64,000 bases of DNA from an uncultured Gemmatimonadales bacterium (GCA_963783305.1 CAWAMW010000016.1:739491-803490), one strand, 5' to 3'; positions 42,826 to 54,290 are shown, counted from the first letter of the stretch. A program made the numbers and translations. The notes: a model not told the origin generated them from the letters alone.

Positions 42826-44887
42826 ATGAAAACCCCCACCCTCGCCGCGATCCTCATCCTCGCCGCCGCCGCGACCCTCGCCGCGCAGGCCACCGGCCCG
42901 GCCGCGACCTTCCAGCCGGCGGACGTCTTCGGTCTGGAGGTGGGAGCGGACCCGCGGATCTCGCCGGACGGGGAGTGGGTGGTGTACGTGCGGACGGGGT
43001 TCGACGTGATGGAGGACGGGACGGTGTCGAACCTGTGGCTGGTGCCGTGGTCGGGGGGCGAGGGTCGTCCGTTGACGACGGGGTCGCAGCGGGACGGGTC
43101 GCCCCGGTGGTCGCCGGACGGGGGTCGGCTGGCGTACGTGTCGAACGAGGAGGACGGGAGCCAGGTCTGGCTGCGGTGGATGGACGGGAGCGGGGCGGTG
43201 GCGAAGCTGACGTCGCTGACGGAGTCGCCGGGTGGGCTGGCGTGGTCGCCGGACGGGCGGTGGCTGGCGTTCACGATGTTCGTGCCGGGGGAGGGCGCGG
43301 CGCTGGATGTGGACATGCCGCGGCGGCCGGAGGGCGCGGACTGGGGGCCGGCGTGGACGTACATCGACGCGCTGGACTACCGGTCGGACGGGAACCCGGG
43401 GTTCATCCGGGCGGGGCACCGGCAGCTGTTCGTGCTGCCGGCGGAGGGGGGGACGCCGCGGCAGGTGACCAGCGGGCCGTACGACCACGGCGCGCCGTCG
43501 TGGACGCCGGACGGCCGCGGGCTCGTCTTCTCCGCCAACCGCCACGACGACCGGGAGCGGATGCCGCGGAACACGGAGCTGTGGCGGGTGGACGTGGCGA
43601 CGGGCGCGCTGACGCAGCTCACCGACCGGTTCGGTCCGGACGGGAGCCCGGCGGTGTCGCCGGACGGCCGCCGCATCGCCTTCATCGGGTACGATGACGC
43701 GTTCCAGGGCTACCAGAATACTCGCCTCTACGTCATGGACGCGGATGGCACGAACCGCCGGGAGCTGGCGGCGTCGCTGGACCGGGGTCTGGGCGGCCCC
43801 GTGTGGAGCGCGGACGGCCGGGGCCTCTATATCGACTACGACAGCGAGGGGACGGGCCGGCTGGCGTACGTGGATGTGTCGAGTGGTGGGGTGAGGGAGC
43901 TGGCGGACCGGGTGGGCGGGCTGAGCCTGGGGCGGCCGTACGGCGGCGGGTCGTGGAGCGTGGCCCGGAACGGCCGGTTCGCGTTCACGCGGTCGTCGCC
44001 CGCGCGGCCGGCGGAGGTGGCGGTGGGCGAGCGTCGTCGCCCGGGGCAGGCCCGACTCGTCACAGCCCTCAACGCGGACCTGCTGGGCCACAAGACGCTG
44101 GGGCAGGTGGAGGAGCTGTGGTGGGAGTCGTCGTACGACGGTCGGCGGATCCAAGGCTGGGTCGTCACGCCGCCGGGGTTCGACGCGTCGCGGGAGTACC
44201 CGCTGATCCTGGAGATCCACGGCGGACCGTTCGCGAACTACGGGCCCCGCTTCGCCGCCGAGGTCCAGCTTTATGCGGCCGCCGGGTACGTGGTGCTGTA
44301 CACGAACCCGCGGGGGAGCACGTCGTACGGCGAGGAGTTCGGGAACCTGATCCACCACGCGTACCCGTCGCAGGACTACGACGACATGATGAGCGGCGTG
44401 GACGCGGTGATGGGGCGGGGGTACGTGGACCCGGCCCGGCTGTACGTGACGGGTGGGAGCGGCGGCGGCGTGCTCACGGCGTGGATCGTGGGGAGCACGG
44501 ACCGGTTCCGGGCGGCCGTGGTCCAGAAGCCGGTGATCAACTGGTCGAGCTTCGTGCTGCACGCCGACGCGCCGGCCACCTTCTGGCGCTACTGGTTCCC
44601 GGGCCCGCCGTGGGAGTACCCGGAGCACTACTGGGCCCGGTCGCCGCTGTCACGGGTGGGGAATGTTTCGACGCCCACCATGCTCATCAGCGGCGAGGCT
44701 GGACTACCGCACGCCCACGTCGGAGAGCGAGCAGTACTACGCGGCGCTGCAGATCCGGGAGGTGCCGAGCGCGCTTGTGCGGGTCCCGGACGCGTCGCAT
44801 GGGATCGCGAACAAGCCGAGCAACCTGATCGAGAAGGTGGCGTACGTGCTGGGGTGGTTCGGGAAGTGGGGCGGGGTGGCTCGCTGA
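42826..44887 (+). CDS. S9 family (acylaminoacyl/dipeptidyl) peptidase with 1-nt frameshift near 44698
   Basis: Signal peptide, WSPDG propeller repeats, IHGGP, GGSGGG nucleophile; catalytic D (DYRTP) and H (ASHG) lie in the shifted frame. Confidence 0.9.
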
Positions 44888-45082
44888 CGCTCGCAGGGTG
44901 GCTCGCTGGCGCTCGCAGGGTGGCTCGCTGATGCTCGCAGGGTGGCTCGCTGACGCTCGCAGGGTGGCTCGCTGACGCTCGCAGGGTGGCTCGCTGACGC
45001 TCGCAGGGTGGCTCGCTGGCGCTCGCAGGGTGGCTCGCTGATGCTCGCAGGGTGGCTCGCTGGCGCTCGCAGGGTGGCTCGG
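44874..45082. repeat. Tandem repeat, 22-nt unit GGGTGGCTCGCTGACGCTCGCA, 9.5 copies
   Basis: 22-nt period with GAC/GGC/GAT variants. Confidence 0.95.
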
Positions 45083-45481
45083 CTGCACGGGACATATTCC
45101 GGCGGACTCCCAATCAATCCCGGAGGCAGGATTGTTTGGGGCCTCGACCGGGTTGGGCGTGGGTGAGAGGCGGAATCCCGAGGTGAGCGGAGCGCAGCAG
45201 ACCCCGGCTCACAGGTGTGTCTCGGTACCGGATCGAGCGGAAACGACCGCGGGCCGCGCCGGGGGTCTGGCTGCGCGGCGGCCGGGTGGTCGGGGAAGTC
45301 TGCGCATGGGAAGTGGTACAGCGGGCGCCCGGCTGGCGGCAAGAGGCTCGCGGCGAGGCCGCTGCGGCAAATTGTGTCATCCCAGGGGGTTTGTCAGGCG
45401 ATGAGGGCCGCGGTATGTTGCCGCAGCCCCCCGCGCGGCGCGATCGCCGCTGCCACACCCTTGCGAAACGGACGGTACCCT

Positions 45482-48364
45482 ATGCGGGCTGGCCCGACAC
45501 GACGGCTGCATCCGACCTCGCGGTTCTTCGCGACCCTCCTTGCCCTTCTCATCGTTCTCACGCTGATGCCCGGCGCCACCGCGCCGGGCGCGGCCCAGGA
45601 GCCGGCGACGGCTCCGCTGGGGTCGGCCGCGGCCCAGGGGTCGGTCCCGCTGGACACGGCGGTGGTGACGGGGACGCTGGACAACGGGCTGCGCTACTTC
45701 ATCCGGGGGAACCGCCGGCCTGAAGCGCGGGCGGAGCTGCGGCTGGTGGTGAATGCGGGGTCGGTGCTGGAGGACGAGTCGCAGCGGGGGCTGGCGCACT
45801 TCGTGGAGCACATGGCGTTCAACGGGACGCGGAACTTCGCGAAGCAGGAGCTGGTGGACTACCTGGAGTCGATCGGGATGCGGTTCGGCCCGGACCTGAA
45901 CGCGTACACGTCGTTCGACGAGACGGTGTACATGCTTACGGTGCCGACGGACAGCGCGGGTCTGCTGGAGCGAGGGCTCGGGATCCTGGAGGACTGGGCG
46001 TGGGGTCAGACGTTCGACCCGGACGAGGTGGAGAAGGAGCGCGGGGTGGTGGTGGAGGAGTGGCGTCTGGGGCGTGGGGCGCAGGCGCGGATGATGGACG
46101 AGCAGCTGCCGGTGCTGTTCCACGGGTCGCGCTACGCGGAGCGGCTGCCCATCGGGGAGCGGGAGGTGCTGGACAGTTTCGACGTGGAGACACTGGAGCG
46201 GTTCTACCGGGACTGGTACCGCCCGGACGTTATGGCGGTGGTGGCGGTGGGCGACTTCGACACGGCGCGGGTCGAGGCGCTGGTGCGGGAGCGGTTCAGC
46301 GGGATCCCCACGCCGGCGCGGCCACGGCCGCGGCCGGAGTACGGGCTGCCGTCCCACGAGGAGACGCTGTTCGCCATCGCCACGGACCCGGAGGCGACGG
46401 GGTCGCAGGTGGCGCTGTACCACAAGCTGCCGCCGCTCCGCACGGGGACGGTGGACGCGTATCGTGAGCGGGTGGTGGAGCGGCTGTTCCTGGGGATGCT
46501 CAACGAACGGCTGCGGGAGCTGACGCAGCAGGCGGACCCGCCGTTCCTGGGGGCGGGGTCGGGGAAGGGCTCGTTCGTGGGCGGCGCGGAGATCCACACG
46601 CTGTCGGCGAGCGTGCCGGATGGCGGGATCGTGCGGGGCCTGGACGCGCTGCTGACGGAAGCGGAGCGGGTGGCGCGTCACGGGTTCACATCGGGTGAGC
46701 TGGAGCGGCAGAAGACCGTGGTCCTGCGGCGGCTGGAGCAGGCGTTCGCGGAGCGGGAGAAGACGGAGTCGAGACGGCTCGCGGGGGAGTACATCCAGCA
46801 CTTCCTCCGCGGCGAGCCCGCGCCGGGCATCGCATACGACTACGCGTTCCACCAGCGGGTGCTGCCGGGCGTGACGCTGGCGGAGGTGGACGCGCTGGCG
46901 GCGTCCTGGATCAAGGACCACAGCCGGGTGGTGCTGGTGAGCGCGCCGGAGAAGGCGGACGTCCCCGTCCCGGACGAGGCGGAGCTGCGAGCGGCCATGC
47001 GGGCGGCGCTGGACCGGCCGGTGCTGGCGTTCGAGGACGAGGTGGTGGACGAGCCGCTCGTCGCCCGGATCCCGGAGCCGACGGCCATCGTGAGCGAGTC
47101 GGAGATCCCGGAGCTCGGGATCACGGAGTGGGAGCTGGCGAACGGCGTGCGCGTCGTGCTCAAGCCCACGGACTTCCAGGACGACCAGGTCCTGCTCGGC
47201 GCGCTGAGTCCCGGCGGGGGCGGCCGTGTCTCCGACGACGAGTACCTCTCTGCCATGATGGCGGCCCCGGTGGCGTCCATGAGCGGCTTCGGCCCGTTCA
47301 GCATGACGGAGCTCCAGAAGAAGCTGGCGGGGAAGGCGGTGATGGTCTCGCCGTGGATCAGCGAGGGCGAGGAGGGGTTCCAGGGCCAGGCCTCGCCCAG
47401 CGACCTGGAGACCCTGTTCCAGCTGGTGTACCTCGAGTTCACCGCGCCCCGCGTCGACAGCGCCGCGTTCCAGTCGCTGAAGAGCCGGTACTCGGCCATC
47501 CTGACCAACCGGGGCGCGAGCCCGGAGGCGGTCTTCACCGACACCATCAGCGTAACCATGGCCGACTACCACCCGCGGGCCCGGCCGCTGTCGCCGGAGC
47601 TCCTGGACGAGCTGGACCTGGGCGTCGCCATGGCCACGTACCGGGACCGGTTCGCGGATGCCAGCGACTTCACGTTCGTGCTCCTGGGCAGCTTCGACAT
47701 TGCCGGCGTACGGCCGCTGGTCCAGCGGTACCTGGGCGGCCTGCCCTCCACCGGTCGGGTGGAGGAGCGCGCCTGGGTCGACATGGACCCGCCCCCCGGC
47801 GTGATCGAGAAGACGGTCCGGAAGGGGACGGAGCCGAAGGCCTCCGCCCACATCCGCTACACCGGCCCCGCCGAGTACAGCGATGCCGCCGCGGAGACCA
47901 TGAGCCTCATGGTGGAGGTGCTGCGGATCCGGCTCCGGGACGTGCTGCGGGAGGACATGGGCGGGACGTACGGCGTGCAGATCCGCGGCAGCCTCGAGCG
48001 GGGTCCCGACGAGGAGTACGACGTCGGCATCCAGTTCGGCACCGACCCCGACCGCGTCGAGGAGCTGACCGCCGCCGTGGCCACCGAGCTCGAGCGGCTC
48101 CGGGCCGACGGGCCCACGCCCGACGAGATGCAGAAGGTGCGGGAGATCCGCCGGCGCGCGATGGAGGTGAACCGCGAGCGCAACGAGTACTGGCTCAGCC
48201 AGCTCTACGAACGCTACCGCTTCGACGAGGACCCGCGGTCGATCCTCGAGGAGGGGGAGCGCGTGGACGCGGTGACGGCCGCGGACGTGCGGGAGGCGGC
48301 GCGGCGGTATCTCGGGGAGGATCGGGTGGCGCGGTTCTTTTTGTATCCGGAGGTGGCTCGCTGA
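45482..48364 (+). CDS. M16 family zinc protease (PqqL-like), secreted
   Basis: GLAHFVEHMAF (HxxEH), NAYTSFDETVY, LREDMGGTYG. Confidence 0.94.
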   Translation: MRAGPTRRLHPTSRFFATLLALLIVLTLMPGATAPGAAQEPATAPLGSAAAQGSVPLDTAVVTGTLDNGLRYFIRGNRRPEARAELRLVVNAGSVLEDESQRGLAHFVEHMAFNGTRNFAKQELVDYLESIGMRFGPDLNAYTSFDETVYMLTVPTDSAGLLERGLGILEDWAWGQTFDPDEVEKERGVVVEEWRLGRGAQARMMDEQLPVLFHGSRYAERLPIGEREVLDSFDVETLERFYRDWYRPDVMAVVAVGDFDTARVEALVRERFSGIPTPARPRPRPEYGLPSHEETLFAIATDPEATGSQVALYHKLPPLRTGTVDAYRERVVERLFLGMLNERLRELTQQADPPFLGAGSGKGSFVGGAEIHTLSASVPDGGIVRGLDALLTEAERVARHGFTSGELERQKTVVLRRLEQAFAEREKTESRRLAGEYIQHFLRGEPAPGIAYDYAFHQRVLPGVTLAEVDALAASWIKDHSRVVLVSAPEKADVPVPDEAELRAAMRAALDRPVLAFEDEVVDEPLVARIPEPTAIVSESEIPELGITEWELANGVRVVLKPTDFQDDQVLLGALSPGGGGRVSDDEYLSAMMAAPVASMSGFGPFSMTELQKKLAGKAVMVSPWISEGEEGFQGQASPSDLETLFQLVYLEFTAPRVDSAAFQSLKSRYSAILTNRGASPEAVFTDTISVTMADYHPRARPLSPELLDELDLGVAMATYRDRFADASDFTFVLLGSFDIAGVRPLVQRYLGGLPSTGRVEERAWVDMDPPPGVIEKTVRKGTEPKASAHIRYTGPAEYSDAAAETMSLMVEVLRIRLRDVLREDMGGTYGVQIRGSLERGPDEEYDVGIQFGTDPDRVEELTAAVATELERLRADGPTPDEMQKVREIRRRAMEVNRERNEYWLSQLYERYRFDEDPRSILEEGERVDAVTAADVREAARRYLGEDRVARFFLYPEVAR

Positions 48365-48509
48365 CGCTCGCAGGGTGGCTCGCTGACGCTCGCAGGGTGG
48401 CTCGCTGACGCTCGCAGGGTGGCTCGCTGACGCTCGCAGGGTGGCTCGCTGACGCTCGCAGGGTGGCTCGCTGACGCTCGCAGGGTGGCTCGGCCCGTGG
48501 CCTCGCAGG
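48351..48509. repeat. Tandem repeat, same 22-nt unit, 6 copies plus degenerate tail
   Basis: Same unit as 44874..45082. Confidence 0.95.
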
Positions 48510-48612
48510 GCTCGGCTGCGCTCGCGTGTAGTTCTACCGAATGGGAATATAGCTGACAATGTTTCAGGGATCTCCCCACTGACAGGCGTGGTCTGGGGGG
48601 CGAGGGTTGAGG

Positions 48613-49740
48613 ATGGGATATCGCGAGCGAGGGGTCCGGTTCTGGGGGGTGGCGGCGGTCGCGCTGGTGGCGCTGGTGGGGTCGGCGCACTTCGCGGGAG
48701 TGCGGCTGGTGGACGCGTGGCGGGCGCGGGGGTTGGAGCGTGCGCCGGCGGTGTCGGTGCAGCTGCTGGACGGGAGCGTGGTGTCGCTGTCGTCGCTCGA
48801 GGGGAAGGTCGTGCTGCTGAACTTCTGGGCGACGTGGTGTCCGCCGTGTCGGCTGGAGATGCCGGGGTTCCAGCGGGTCTATGACGCGCGGCGGGATGAC
48901 GGGTTCACGATCGTGGGGCTGTCGACGGACCAGCTCCCGGACGAGGCGATCCGGACGTTCCTGGAGCAGCGTGGGATCGAGTACCCGGTAGGCCGGGTGA
49001 CGCGCTACGTGGCGGACGCGTACGGCGGTGCGAACACGCTGCCGACGTCGTTCCTGATCGACGCGGACGGTCGGATCCGGCGGCAGGTGACGGGCGCGTA
49101 CGATGAGACGGAGCTGGTGCGGGACGTGGACGGTCTGCTGCGCGAGGCGGGGCTGGAGCCCACGGGCGAGGTGGCGGTGTACCGTCCGGAGCCGCCGAAC
49201 GAGGGCGAGGCGGAGGCGGTGGGGCACGTGACGGGGGCGGCCGATGCGCCCATCACGGTGATCGAGTTCAGCGACTACGGCTGCGGCTACTGCAGCCGCT
49301 TCACCCGCGAGAGCTTCCCAGCGCTCTACAAGGAGTTCATCGACGCCGGGTCCGTGCGCTGGGTGCACCTGCCGTTCGTGCTGGGCAAGTTCCCGAACGC
49401 GGAGCTGGCGGCGGCTGCGGCGGTGTGCGCGTCGGAGCAGGGGGAGTCGGTGTTCCAGGCCACGCACCAGACGCTGTTCCGGCGGCAGGCGGAGTGGCGT
49501 TCGACGGCGGACGCGGCGGCGCTGCTGCGCGGCTGGGTGGAGGCCGCCGGCGGCGATGGCGAGGCGCTGGCCGCGTGCCTCGAGGACGACCGCCCCCGCG
49601 CCGACCTGGCCCGCGTCGAGGAGATCGCCATGCGCGCCAACGTCGCGGCCACACCCACGTTCTTCGTGAACGGTCAGCGCGTCGAGGGCGCGCTGCCGCT
49701 GGAAGCGTTCCAGGAAGGGTTCCGGTCGATGCTGCGGTAG
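48613..49740 (+). CDS. TlpA-DsbA fusion thiol-disulfide oxidoreductase
   Basis: NFWATWCPPC domain followed by EFSDYGCGYC..ATPTFFVNG domain. Confidence 0.88.
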   Translation: MGYRERGVRFWGVAAVALVALVGSAHFAGVRLVDAWRARGLERAPAVSVQLLDGSVVSLSSLEGKVVLLNFWATWCPPCRLEMPGFQRVYDARRDDGFTIVGLSTDQLPDEAIRTFLEQRGIEYPVGRVTRYVADAYGGANTLPTSFLIDADGRIRRQVTGAYDETELVRDVDGLLREAGLEPTGEVAVYRPEPPNEGEAEAVGHVTGAADAPITVIEFSDYGCGYCSRFTRESFPALYKEFIDAGSVRWVHLPFVLGKFPNAELAAAAAVCASEQGESVFQATHQTLFRRQAEWRSTADAAALLRGWVEAAGGDGEALAACLEDDRPRADLARVEEIAMRANVAATPTFFVNGQRVEGALPLEAFQEGFRSMLR

Positions 49741-49746
49741 CGGGGC

Positions 49747-50062
49747 CTACCCGGCCGCGCCAATCAGCTCCTCCAGGTCGTGGATCCAGCGGTCGCCGTT
49801 CTCGTGGGCCTCCAAGCAGATCCCGACGGCCTGGACCATCTGCGGCGGGGAGACGGGCTTGGTGACCAGGGCGCAGAAGCCCGCCTCCCGGATCCGCTCC
49901 TGCGCCGGGTCCGACGTGTGATGGCGACCACCGGAATGTCCCGGGTCACCGGGTTCTCCTTGAGGAGGGCGATGGCCGCCCAGCCGTCCACCTCGGGCAT
50001 GATGAGGTCCAGGAAGATGAGGTCCGGCCGGTGCTTCAGCGCGATCTCCACGGCCTCCCTCC
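49747..50062 (-). pseudogene. Truncated, frameshifted single-domain response regulator
   Basis: PDLIFLDLIMPEVDGW..TRDIPVVAIT then, in another frame, AGF..VTKPV; N-terminal acidic pocket missing. Confidence 0.75.
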
Positions 50063-50179
50063 CTGGATCTTTCCGTGCAGGAGGAGGGGCGGCGGCGCCC
50101 CGGAGCGGGGAGCGGGACACGCAGGAGTCGCGCCCCGGCGCGTGTGACGGCCTCCCCGCGGGTCCGCGCCGCGGGCGGG

Positions 50180-50285
50180 GTTGCGGTGCCGGGCGCCGGG
50201 CGACAACGTTTCGATCGAGACCCGTGGCCGCGGCGGCTTTTCGACCCCCTTCTCGCGCCGCAGCGGGTTCGCCGTGTTGAGCATC
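50180..50285. repeat. Dispersed ~100-bp hairpin repeat, copy 1
   Basis: Core AGACCCGTGGCCGCGGCGGC-N-ACCCCCTTCTCGCGCC-N-CGGGTT shared with copies at 55283 and 63220. Confidence 0.88.
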
Positions 50286-50738
50286 GACACCATGGAGTGC
50301 CCTCATTCGATATCTCCGCATACTGGTGATCCTGGCAGTGTACGCACTCGTGCAGCCCGGGCGAGCCGCCGCCCAGGTCGAAGATCGGGCGGCGTTCGAG
50401 GGAGCCGTGCAGCGGGTAGTCCAGGAGCTCGGGCCGCATATCGTGCCCAGGGTGGATCCTCGCCCGGTGGCGGGATGGACAGGACCCGGATACTGCAGGG
50501 GTCCGCGCGGTGGAAGAGTGGCGCGCGCGGTGTCAGGACCACGCGCCGGACGGCGTGCATGTGGTCCTGAGTCTGCCGCGCGCGGATATGGACGGCGGTG
50601 GTACGGAGTACCGGGTCGTCGGCTACGGGGATGGGTGCGTGTGGGGCTGGGACGTCGTGGTCGCGAAGGGCGGCGCCGAGGTCGAGCTGCGGGGCGGTAT
50701 CGACACCTGCACCTGAGGCAGAGAAGGGAGATACGTAG

Positions 50739-51338
50739 ATGAACGACGCCGAATGGTGGGTCCCACCGAGGCCGATCCTCTGGATCCTGGGCGCGCTCTT
50801 CGTGGGCAACGTCGTGACCACCGCGATCCCGTCCCTGGGCGGCGCGCTCGCGCTCCACGCACCGCTCTGGAGCCAGCCCCTCAACCTGCCGCGCGTGGCC
50901 ACCTTCTCGCTCGTGCACGGGGGCACGCTGCACTGGGCCTTCTCGTCGGCCTGGATCCTCCTTGCCGCGCTGGTCCTCAAGGGACGGTTGGACGAACGCT
51001 GGATGGTCGGGGCGCTCGTGGCCGGCGCCGTGGCGGGCGCGCTCGCATTCGGCTGGTCGGCCTCCGACGGCGTGATGGTCGGCAGCACCGCCGCGGGGTG
51101 GGCACTGGCGTGGGCCGCGGTCGGAGCGTTCACCCGGGATCCCGGCCGCTTCGGAGGGTGGCGTCGGGCCTACGTTACCCTGCTGCCGCTCTTCGTCGTC
51201 GCTCTCGCGGCGGGCGGACTGTTCCCTCCCGTGGGGGTATTCGCGGCGGGTGCGGTCGGGGTGCTGATCGGCCGTGAGGCCATGACCCGGATCCGGGAAT
51301 CCAGCGCGGGACTCGCCCTTGCGCGAGGCAATCGATGA
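50739..51338 (+). CDS. Hypothetical integral membrane protein
   Basis: GGGAG RBS; multiple hydrophobic helices. Confidence 0.7.
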   Translation: MNDAEWWVPPRPILWILGALFVGNVVTTAIPSLGGALALHAPLWSQPLNLPRVATFSLVHGGTLHWAFSSAWILLAALVLKGRLDERWMVGALVAGAVAGALAFGWSASDGVMVGSTAAGWALAWAAVGAFTRDPGRFGGWRRAYVTLLPLFVVALAAGGLFPPVGVFAAGAVGVLIGREAMTRIRESSAGLALARGNR

Positions 51339-51465
51339 ACCGGCCCCGGCCCCGCACCGGGGCCGATGGGCATGGACTCGGAGTGGCTCGTGCTCCGGCT
51401 GGACGAGGACCAGCGGGTCGTGGAGCACCGGGTCGTCACCGACTGATCACGATCGACGAGGGGGG

Positions 51466-52221
51466 ATGATGGGGGACTGGATCTGGACATACGCGGGCCT
51501 GGCGCTGGGGATGGCGATCGGCGTGTACGCGATCTGGGTCTACCCGGCGGAGGTCGAGGCGAAGAGAAAGGCCGGCAAGGTCCGCAGTATCTCCGTGGAC
51601 CTGGTCCGCTGGGTCCGTCTGAGCGGCGTCCTTGTGCTCGTGCTCGTGGGCGTCCTGGCCGTCGCTCTGACGGCATGCACGCACGCACGTCCCGGCGCGG
51701 GGCCGGCGGACACCGCGCAGGTCTACGCCACGCTCCTCCGCGACGTGGTCCTGGCCGAGGGCTGGGGCGGCCCGGTCGCCGAGCGGGAGCAGCGAAACCC
51801 CGTACGGCAGCTGGTCCTCCAGGCGGAGACGGCCACCGAAGCGCCCCGCGAGATCGGTGCGTTCGAACGCGACGGTCTGCCCATGCTGTCGCCCACCACG
51901 ATCGACGACTACGAGCGCCGCTACGAGCTCGGCCTCCAGGACGCCCGCCTCGAGGGCGTGGGCGAGTACCACTGGGTCCCCCGGGATTCGATGTTCTCCC
52001 TCGCGAACGGCCGGGGCTGGCGTGAATTCTACCGGAAGTATCCAGGGGCGCCCGGCTTCGTCGCCTTCTCGAGGGCGGGATTCGGGGAGGGCGGGGACCA
52101 GGCGCTCGTATACATGGAGCTCGGGCGGGGCGGCACCTGGGGCGATGGGGCGCTGTACGTGCTGGAGCGTACCGGGGATAGGTGGGAGATAGTGGGCAAA
52201 AACAGTCTCTGGCAAGCGTAA
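51466..52221 (+). CDS. Hypothetical membrane-anchored protein
   Basis: GAGGGG RBS; two TM segments then a soluble domain. Confidence 0.7.
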   Translation: MMGDWIWTYAGLALGMAIGVYAIWVYPAEVEAKRKAGKVRSISVDLVRWVRLSGVLVLVLVGVLAVALTACTHARPGAGPADTAQVYATLLRDVVLAEGWGGPVAEREQRNPVRQLVLQAETATEAPREIGAFERDGLPMLSPTTIDDYERRYELGLQDARLEGVGEYHWVPRDSMFSLANGRGWREFYRKYPGAPGFVAFSRAGFGEGGDQALVYMELGRGGTWGDGALYVLERTGDRWEIVGKNSLWQA

Positions 52222-52228
52222 GGTCGCA

Positions 52229-53054
52229 ATGCTCGCAAGGTATGGCTGGACTGCGGTTGCACTGCTGACGCTGGCGTGCGCGGCGCCCGATCGTCAGCCC
52301 GAGCGCACGGCGCTGCCCATGCCTGCAGGGGGCGACACCGTCCTCCTCCTCGGCGGCACCGTCGTGCGGCGAGGCGCCCCGAACGAGCGCCTGGACCTCC
52401 TGCTGGACCGCCGCAACGGGCATCTCGTCCTGGCCGCCACGGCCGACGACTCGCACCTCGAGGCACCCGATACCCTCGACATCAGCGGGCTCTACGTGCA
52501 CTCCGCGAGCATGCTCGAAGCGATGGTCGATACCAGCCACGTCCCGACCCGGCCGGCATTCCTCGGCCATGTACGTGATCCGCGAGGGCGCGGGCGAGGC
52601 GTCGCCGGCCCGGTGGCGCGTCGATGGCCGCGAGGTCCAGCGGATCGAGCCGGAGGAGAGCCATCCTCCGGGGCCCGTTGATGATCGTGTCGGCTGCTAC
52701 GCGCTGGAGCGGGGGGAGTGGAGCGACCCGTCGTTCGACCCGACTCGCTACCCGCGGCTCTGGTTTCCCGATACCGTCCGACTGAGCTGGCAGTACCACT
52801 TCCCGGTCGGTCCCGATCCCTACCTGGTCGCCACGAACGCCGCCGGGCGGGTCGAGAACGCCGAGATCACATACTACGCCTGGTCGCCCGTGGCGCCCGA
52901 TTCGGTTCACGTGGAGTTCTGGGACCCGCACATGGGGACGCGGTTCGAGGGGCGTGCCATGGCCGGCGGGTTCGAGGGTCGGCTGGCCCTCTATGGGGTC
53001 GGGGGCGTCGAGGCGCCTGCGCGGCTGAGGAGCGTCGAATGCCGCGATCCGTAG
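52229..53054 (+). CDS. Hypothetical lipoprotein, probably one gene with a frameshift near 52566
   Basis: TLAC lipobox in 52229..52681; overlapping ORF 52569..53054 joins if one G is removed. Confidence 0.55.
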
Positions 53055-53076
53055 AGCCGAACCCGTAGAGCGACTG

Positions 53077-54099
53077 ATGTTCACCCGCTGCACCGCCTGC
53101 CACGCCCGCCTAGGTACCAACGACGTCCTGGAGCCGTTCCCCGTGGGACGACGACTCGCGTTCGACGCCGCCACCGGCCGGCTCTGGGTCCTCTGCACCG
53201 CCTGCCGCGCTTGGAACCTCGCCCCGATCGAGGAGCGCTGGGAGGCCGTGGAGACGGCCGAGCGGCTGTTCGAGGGCGCTGTCGTCGGGGCGTCGACGGA
53301 GAACGTGGCGCTGGGTCGCCTGCGCGATGGGACGGAGCTGGTGCGCGTGGGCCGGGTGGAGCGGCCGGAGCTCGCGGCGTGGCGCTACGGGAAGCGGCTC
53401 CTGCGACGGTTCTGGGGGAACCAGGTGGTGGGCGGGGTGCAGGGCGGGATCATCGGCGCCGCCGGGTTCACCGCGCTGGGGCCTCTTGGAGCCATGGCGG
53501 TGTTCGGCGCCGCGGCGGTGACTGTCCTGGCCGTGCGGGACCGGCGGCCGTTGACCCGGACCGACGACGGAGTCGTCGTCCGGCGCGGCGATGCCACGGG
53601 CGCCCTCATGCTGCCGAGCGACAGCGTCCACGGCTGGCTCCTCGAGATGCCCCGCCGGGGTCAGGACCCCATCGTCGTGGAAGGCTCCGAGGCCGTCCGC
53701 ATTCTGCGTCGCATTCTGCCGCGGGTCACCGCCGGCAAGGCACGCCCCCGGGTGATACGGAACGCCGTATCGGAGGTGGAGCGGCTGGGCACGCCGGAGC
53801 GGGTGCTGCGGGAGGCCGCCACCGACCTGGGCGACATGGACAACATGGACCAGGTCGACGCGTGGTCCCGGCTCCACGCCCGCCCCCACCGCATCGCCAC
53901 CGGCCACCCCACCCTCTGCCTCGCCCTCGAGATCGCCGCCAACGAGGAGACGGAGCGGCGCGCGCTGGACGGCGAGCTGGGGCTCATCGAGCGCGAGTGG
54001 CGCGAGGCGCAGGAGCTGGCGCGGATCACCGACGACCTGCTGATGCCGACCGCCATCGCCGCACGGCTCCGCGAACTGCGGGGGGCGGTTGACACCTGA
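53077..54099 (+). CDS. Hypothetical protein with N-terminal CxxC..CxxC zinc-finger-like region and a central TM segment
   Basis: CTAC..CTAC; coding-like GC3 pattern. Confidence 0.8.
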   Translation: MFTRCTACHARLGTNDVLEPFPVGRRLAFDAATGRLWVLCTACRAWNLAPIEERWEAVETAERLFEGAVVGASTENVALGRLRDGTELVRVGRVERPELAAWRYGKRLLRRFWGNQVVGGVQGGIIGAAGFTALGPLGAMAVFGAAAVTVLAVRDRRPLTRTDDGVVVRRGDATGALMLPSDSVHGWLLEMPRRGQDPIVVEGSEAVRILRRILPRVTAGKARPRVIRNAVSEVERLGTPERVLREAATDLGDMDNMDQVDAWSRLHARPHRIATGHPTLCLALEIAANEETERRALDGELGLIEREWREAQELARITDDLLMPTAIAARLRELRGAVDT

Positions 54100-54106
54100 C
54101 TCTACG

Positions 54107-54144
54107 AAAAAAGGACCCGCCCCCCCGATAAGAGGGGCGGGTCC
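54107..54144 (-). terminator. Intrinsic terminator (U-tract on the minus strand, possibly bidirectional)
   Basis: GGACCCGCCCC/GGGGCGGGTCC stem preceded by A6. Confidence 0.75.
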
Positions 54145-54290
54145 AGGGAGGATCGCATTCACTGTTCAAATGCCCGATCCCAGTGTCGATCGGACTGGAG
54201 CTCCTTGAGGGGATGATACCCGAGGAAGGATCGGCAGTTCAAGGACGGCATCGGTTTCGTGGAGCGAAAGGCCTGGGTTTGCGGGCGCCG

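Noticed and set aside
44874..45082. CRISPR array (also 8120, 19181, 48351)
   Set aside because: Units are contiguous with no unique spacers, and there are no cas genes
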